Part shown: piece by piece, positions 61,149-64,000 of the stretch
Layout of the letters: each line of letters opens with the position of its first letter
Position numbering within the stretch: the first letter of the stretch is position 1
Assembly: GCA_012295275.1 (NCBI GenBank)
Contig: CM022674.1
Location: forward strand, 1,302,001 to 1,366,000
Source of the DNA: Chrysomallon squamiferum
Taxonomy: Eukaryota > Animalia > Mollusca
DNA length: 64,000 nucleotides
Reading direction: 5' to 3'
Notes under the pieces: generated by a model
Seen by the model: the letters and a program-made list of their open reading frames with translations, nothing else
What the model was told of the DNA's origin: nothing
The model's database searches: none
Translations under genes and position numbers: made by a program

Positions 61149-62599
61149 ATAATGAAATAACCACTGTGACTGGTATCGATGGCTCAAAATTATCCAGACT
61201 TCACACCCTGGAAATGAGAGGAAACAGACTAGAAACTACTGATGGTATCAACCTGCCAAATCTAAAAAATCTCTTTCTTGTGAGTTAGATTCCTGATTAT
61301 TAGTTTCAGTTTTCAACAAAACCAATTTAGTCTTTTCAGTTACCTTGTATCTTTAAAAGAAGAAAGAAGAAAAATTTGTTTACATTTTTGTTCTTAATCT
61401 ATTTACATTTTTGTTGTTTTCCTTAGAACTGGCAAACGGTGTCATTATGTTTATTAACTATGCCAGAATATTTTTTAAACGAATAATTTTTTTATTTTAT
61501 ATATTTAAATGTTTTTAATCTTTTCTTTGTTGTTATTGTTTTTTTTAATGACTTTTGGAAAATTCTAAATGATTATTAATAAATTCTTCATTAATCCACT
61601 GACACTAGGGGTAGAAACAAAAGTCCTCCGACTCCTCCAGTCTACAGCTTCTTTTGCAGCTTGACCATATCTCAGATGTGTCTACTTTAGTCTTCCCCTA
61701 TTTCTTTTTTGGTTATCATTGCTAATTATACAAAATTCTAAATATTTTATTGTTTCTTGTCTATCGTTTCAACAGTTTATTTTTATCATTTTTTTTTTTT
61801 ATTAATTTTTTTTTTTTTTTTTCATATGGAACAACATCTCATGTGTAATATGTTGTTTGTTTTTCTCACCAATCAGGCAGCAAACATGATAAAGCGGTTG
61901 GAAGGAATCAGTCGTCTCGCTCTTTTGTGTACTCTTCACCTTCGTGAAAACCAGCTGGAAGATCTAGAAGGTTTCTCAGAAGACCAAGCTCAACTTCAAT
62001 ATATTAATCTTAGGTACACAACATTTCTTACCATGAAAAAACCCTGTTTTATTTAATAACACACTGAGCATGTTATATGAATGTATCATTTTTTACATTA
62101 ACAAAAAGTTTTGTTTAATAACTTGATCAACACATTTTTAATCCACATATTATATGAACAGAACATTTTTTAAATTAATGAAACATTCTATTTTTTTTTT
62201 TGTGACACACTCAACACATTTGAAATCCACTGTTTTATGAATAGAAAATCTTGTTGTTATATATTAATGAAAAGTTTTTATTTTTAATTTTATAACACAT
62301 TTTCATTCCACAATGACACAAAATTAGTTTTATGGTTAAGGAAGAGAGAGAAAATAAGTTACAAAATCTCCAGCCGAACTATGGGTTATTCTTTGTGTAT
62401 GAGTGTTCTTATATTAAGATCAATTAGTGAAGGAAAGTATTTTCTTCTTCAGTTTAGTAGGATATAGTCGTGGGTTTAATGGGAAGTAAAATAATATCTT
62501 GTTTTTAACACAACCAGACTTGCTAGCCAAGGATTAATTTATCCACTTATTAATTTTGATAATACTTTGTAAGGATGTATCTTTATTTTTCAAATGTAC

Positions 62600-62661
<62 letters not shown>

Positions 62662-63986
62662 TTTCCTAATACTTAGAAATAATGCAATTGTGTTTTGAAA
62701 TAAAATTTAAATTCAGCAAGATTAAAACATGTTTGTAAAACATTCTTGTTTTCACTTTTTGCTCAATGGTTTGATTTTTGTATTCATATTATTCTGTATT
62801 TTGAACAATTAAATTCTATTATTGTAACAGAAGTGCAATAATTATCATCCTACTTGAAATTTTATTGTATCCGTTGGATTTTCATGTATTGTTTTTATTT
62901 TTAACTCTTTCTTTGTAGAGGTAATAATATTGGTAGTGTCAAAGCCATTGCAGGTCTTAAAAAGCTCCCCATGCTGAGAGCTTTAGTAATGTCAGGTAGG
63001 TGTCAGTCTTTTATTTTTTAACACAGAAACTTGTACATCACTCTGCTTTGAGGAAATGATATATAAACTTCAGCTGAATAAAATAATGGATATTTTTTTC
63101 AAAGTTTTCTTACCGCCTAAAAACTTTAGTTGTCAGTAAATATGGAGATTAATAATTTTATGTTTCTTCAAGCTGTAAAATATCCAAGGTTACAGGTCAT
63201 TTTATGAATCTATTAGTTATGCAGTTTTCTGTTGTGAGAGTTAGTTTTCATTACTCAATTTATTCTAAAAAGAAAATTTAAAAAATCATTGTGGTGTGAG
63301 CTGAATTTTTTTTCTTCATCCAATATTAATTTTAAAATTTTTAGAAAATCCTTTTAGCAGGAAAAGATGATGAAAACTGTTTTGCAACTGCATTTCACTG
63401 CAGAGTTAATTTTTATTTTTAGAAAACCCTCTAGCAGAAGAAGATGACTATCGACTGGAAGTGCTGATTTCTCTTAGAAAACTGGAACGACTGGACAAAG
63501 ACGAGTTCACAGAGGAAGAGAGAACTGAAGCAGAAGATGTATATGAACAGAGAAAGAATGAAGAAGCTATTGAAGGAGTGAGTTATCTTCATTCTTTTAT
63601 TTTTAATTGTTTTGTTGCAATGGTAAGACAGAGGGTACAAAGGACATGCATCATTTACGTGCCGAAAAATTAACCAACAGTGAAAATTAATTTCTTTACA
63701 ACATCCTATACTGCTGCAATCACATCATTCTGTCTTGAATATTTTTACAAAATTTATTTGGTTTAGCAAGACCATTGCTGATTATCCAGTAATTTTTCAG
63801 ACCTTTGCTATAAATAGAATGACAAAAAAGCTAGTAAGTAGACCAAAGTCTAAAAGATTGGCTTGTGCTTTACCATTGGGCTAAATTTTATTTCATTTTG
63901 GGTTTTTTAAATTATTTTTTTGTGGTTTTTTTCAGGGAGAAGAACAAACACAGTCTGAAGAAGAGGCCCCTGAAGAAGCCCAGTAG
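58504..63986 (+). CDS. LRRC23: Leucine-rich repeat-containing protein 23 (axonemal radial-spoke-associated LRR protein), complete 8-exon CDS, 1059 nt / 352 aa
   Basis: All eight exons have GT-AG boundaries and consistent phases. The protein has an acidic N-terminus, LSLLCKTGDGLAHAYVRL, SDS22-like LRRs, and an LRRcap-like ENPL...YRLEVL...LERLDKDEF, matching my recollection of vertebrate LRRC23. Confidence 0.95.
59503..59615 (+). CDS. LRRC23: LRRC23 exon 2 (KLAPNPLTEEMISECLSLLCKTGDGLAHAYVRLDVHE)
   Basis: ttttag acceptor, AG|gtaacc donor, 113 nt. Confidence 0.95.
60378..60631 (+). CDS. LRRC23: LRRC23 exon 3 (LRR repeats)
   Basis: ctttcag acceptor, T|gtaagt donor, 254 nt; inside ORF 60304..60711. 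Confidence 0.95.
61149..61279 (+). CDS. LRRC23: LRRC23 exon 4
   Basis: ttattcag acceptor, CTT|gtgagt donor, 131 nt; LHTLEMRGNRL. Confidence 0.95.
61877..62013 (+). CDS. LRRC23: LRRC23 exon 5
   Basis: aatcag acceptor, AG|gtacac donor, 137 nt; LCTLHLRENQL. Confidence 0.94.
62919..62995 (+). CDS. LRRC23: LRRC23 exon 6 (GNNIGSVKAIAGLKKLPMLRALVMS)
   Basis: ctttgtag acceptor, CAG|gtaggt donor, 77 nt; phases match both neighbours. Confidence 0.93.
63423..63577 (+). CDS. LRRC23: LRRC23 exon 7 (LRRcap-like)
   Basis: tttttag acceptor, GGA|gtgagt donor, 155 nt. Confidence 0.94.
63936..63986 (+). CDS. LRRC23: LRRC23 last coding exon (GEEQTQSEEEAPEEAQ*)
   Basis: tttttttcag acceptor, phase 0, TAG at 63984-63986. 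Confidence 0.85.
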   Translation, partial: GEEQTQSEEEAPEEAQ

Positions 63987-64000
63987 TCACGACTTTGACA

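Noticed and set aside
62041-62320. Repeated acactcaacacattt-like words resembling SINE tail fragments
   Set aside because: Too degenerate to define boundaries or family by eye.

Overview
AT-rich, microsatellite-dense eukaryotic genomic DNA. It is probably a mollusc/gastropod, but that is an inference from SINE remnants and composition only. Two intron-containing genes lie head-to-head. (1) Minus strand: a Castor/CASZ1 zinc-finger transcription factor, 5' part only (the gene runs off the left edge). Coding exons are at 32034-30811, 7354-7177, a scrambled ZF1 exon around 6285-6022, 5616-5452, 3409-3193, 2368-2231 and 1638-309. (2) Plus strand: a complete 8-exon LRRC23 (motile cilia/flagella radial-spoke LRR protein, 352 aa) at 58504-63986. 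The most unusual signal is that exon-intron junctions have repeatedly been copied. There are tandem arrays of splice acceptors and donors around the Castor zinc-finger exons, a dispersed acceptor copy about 10 kb away, an acceptor apparently duplicated as a SINE target-site duplication, and a duplicated acceptor in LRRC23. The Castor model as written has two frame problems, which may be assembly errors. RFX X-box motifs recur across the locus and the two genes may share a bidirectional promoter. Most short ORFs in the track are microsatellite artefacts. No rRNA, tRNA, CRISPR or coding transposon was seen. All alignments were done by eye.
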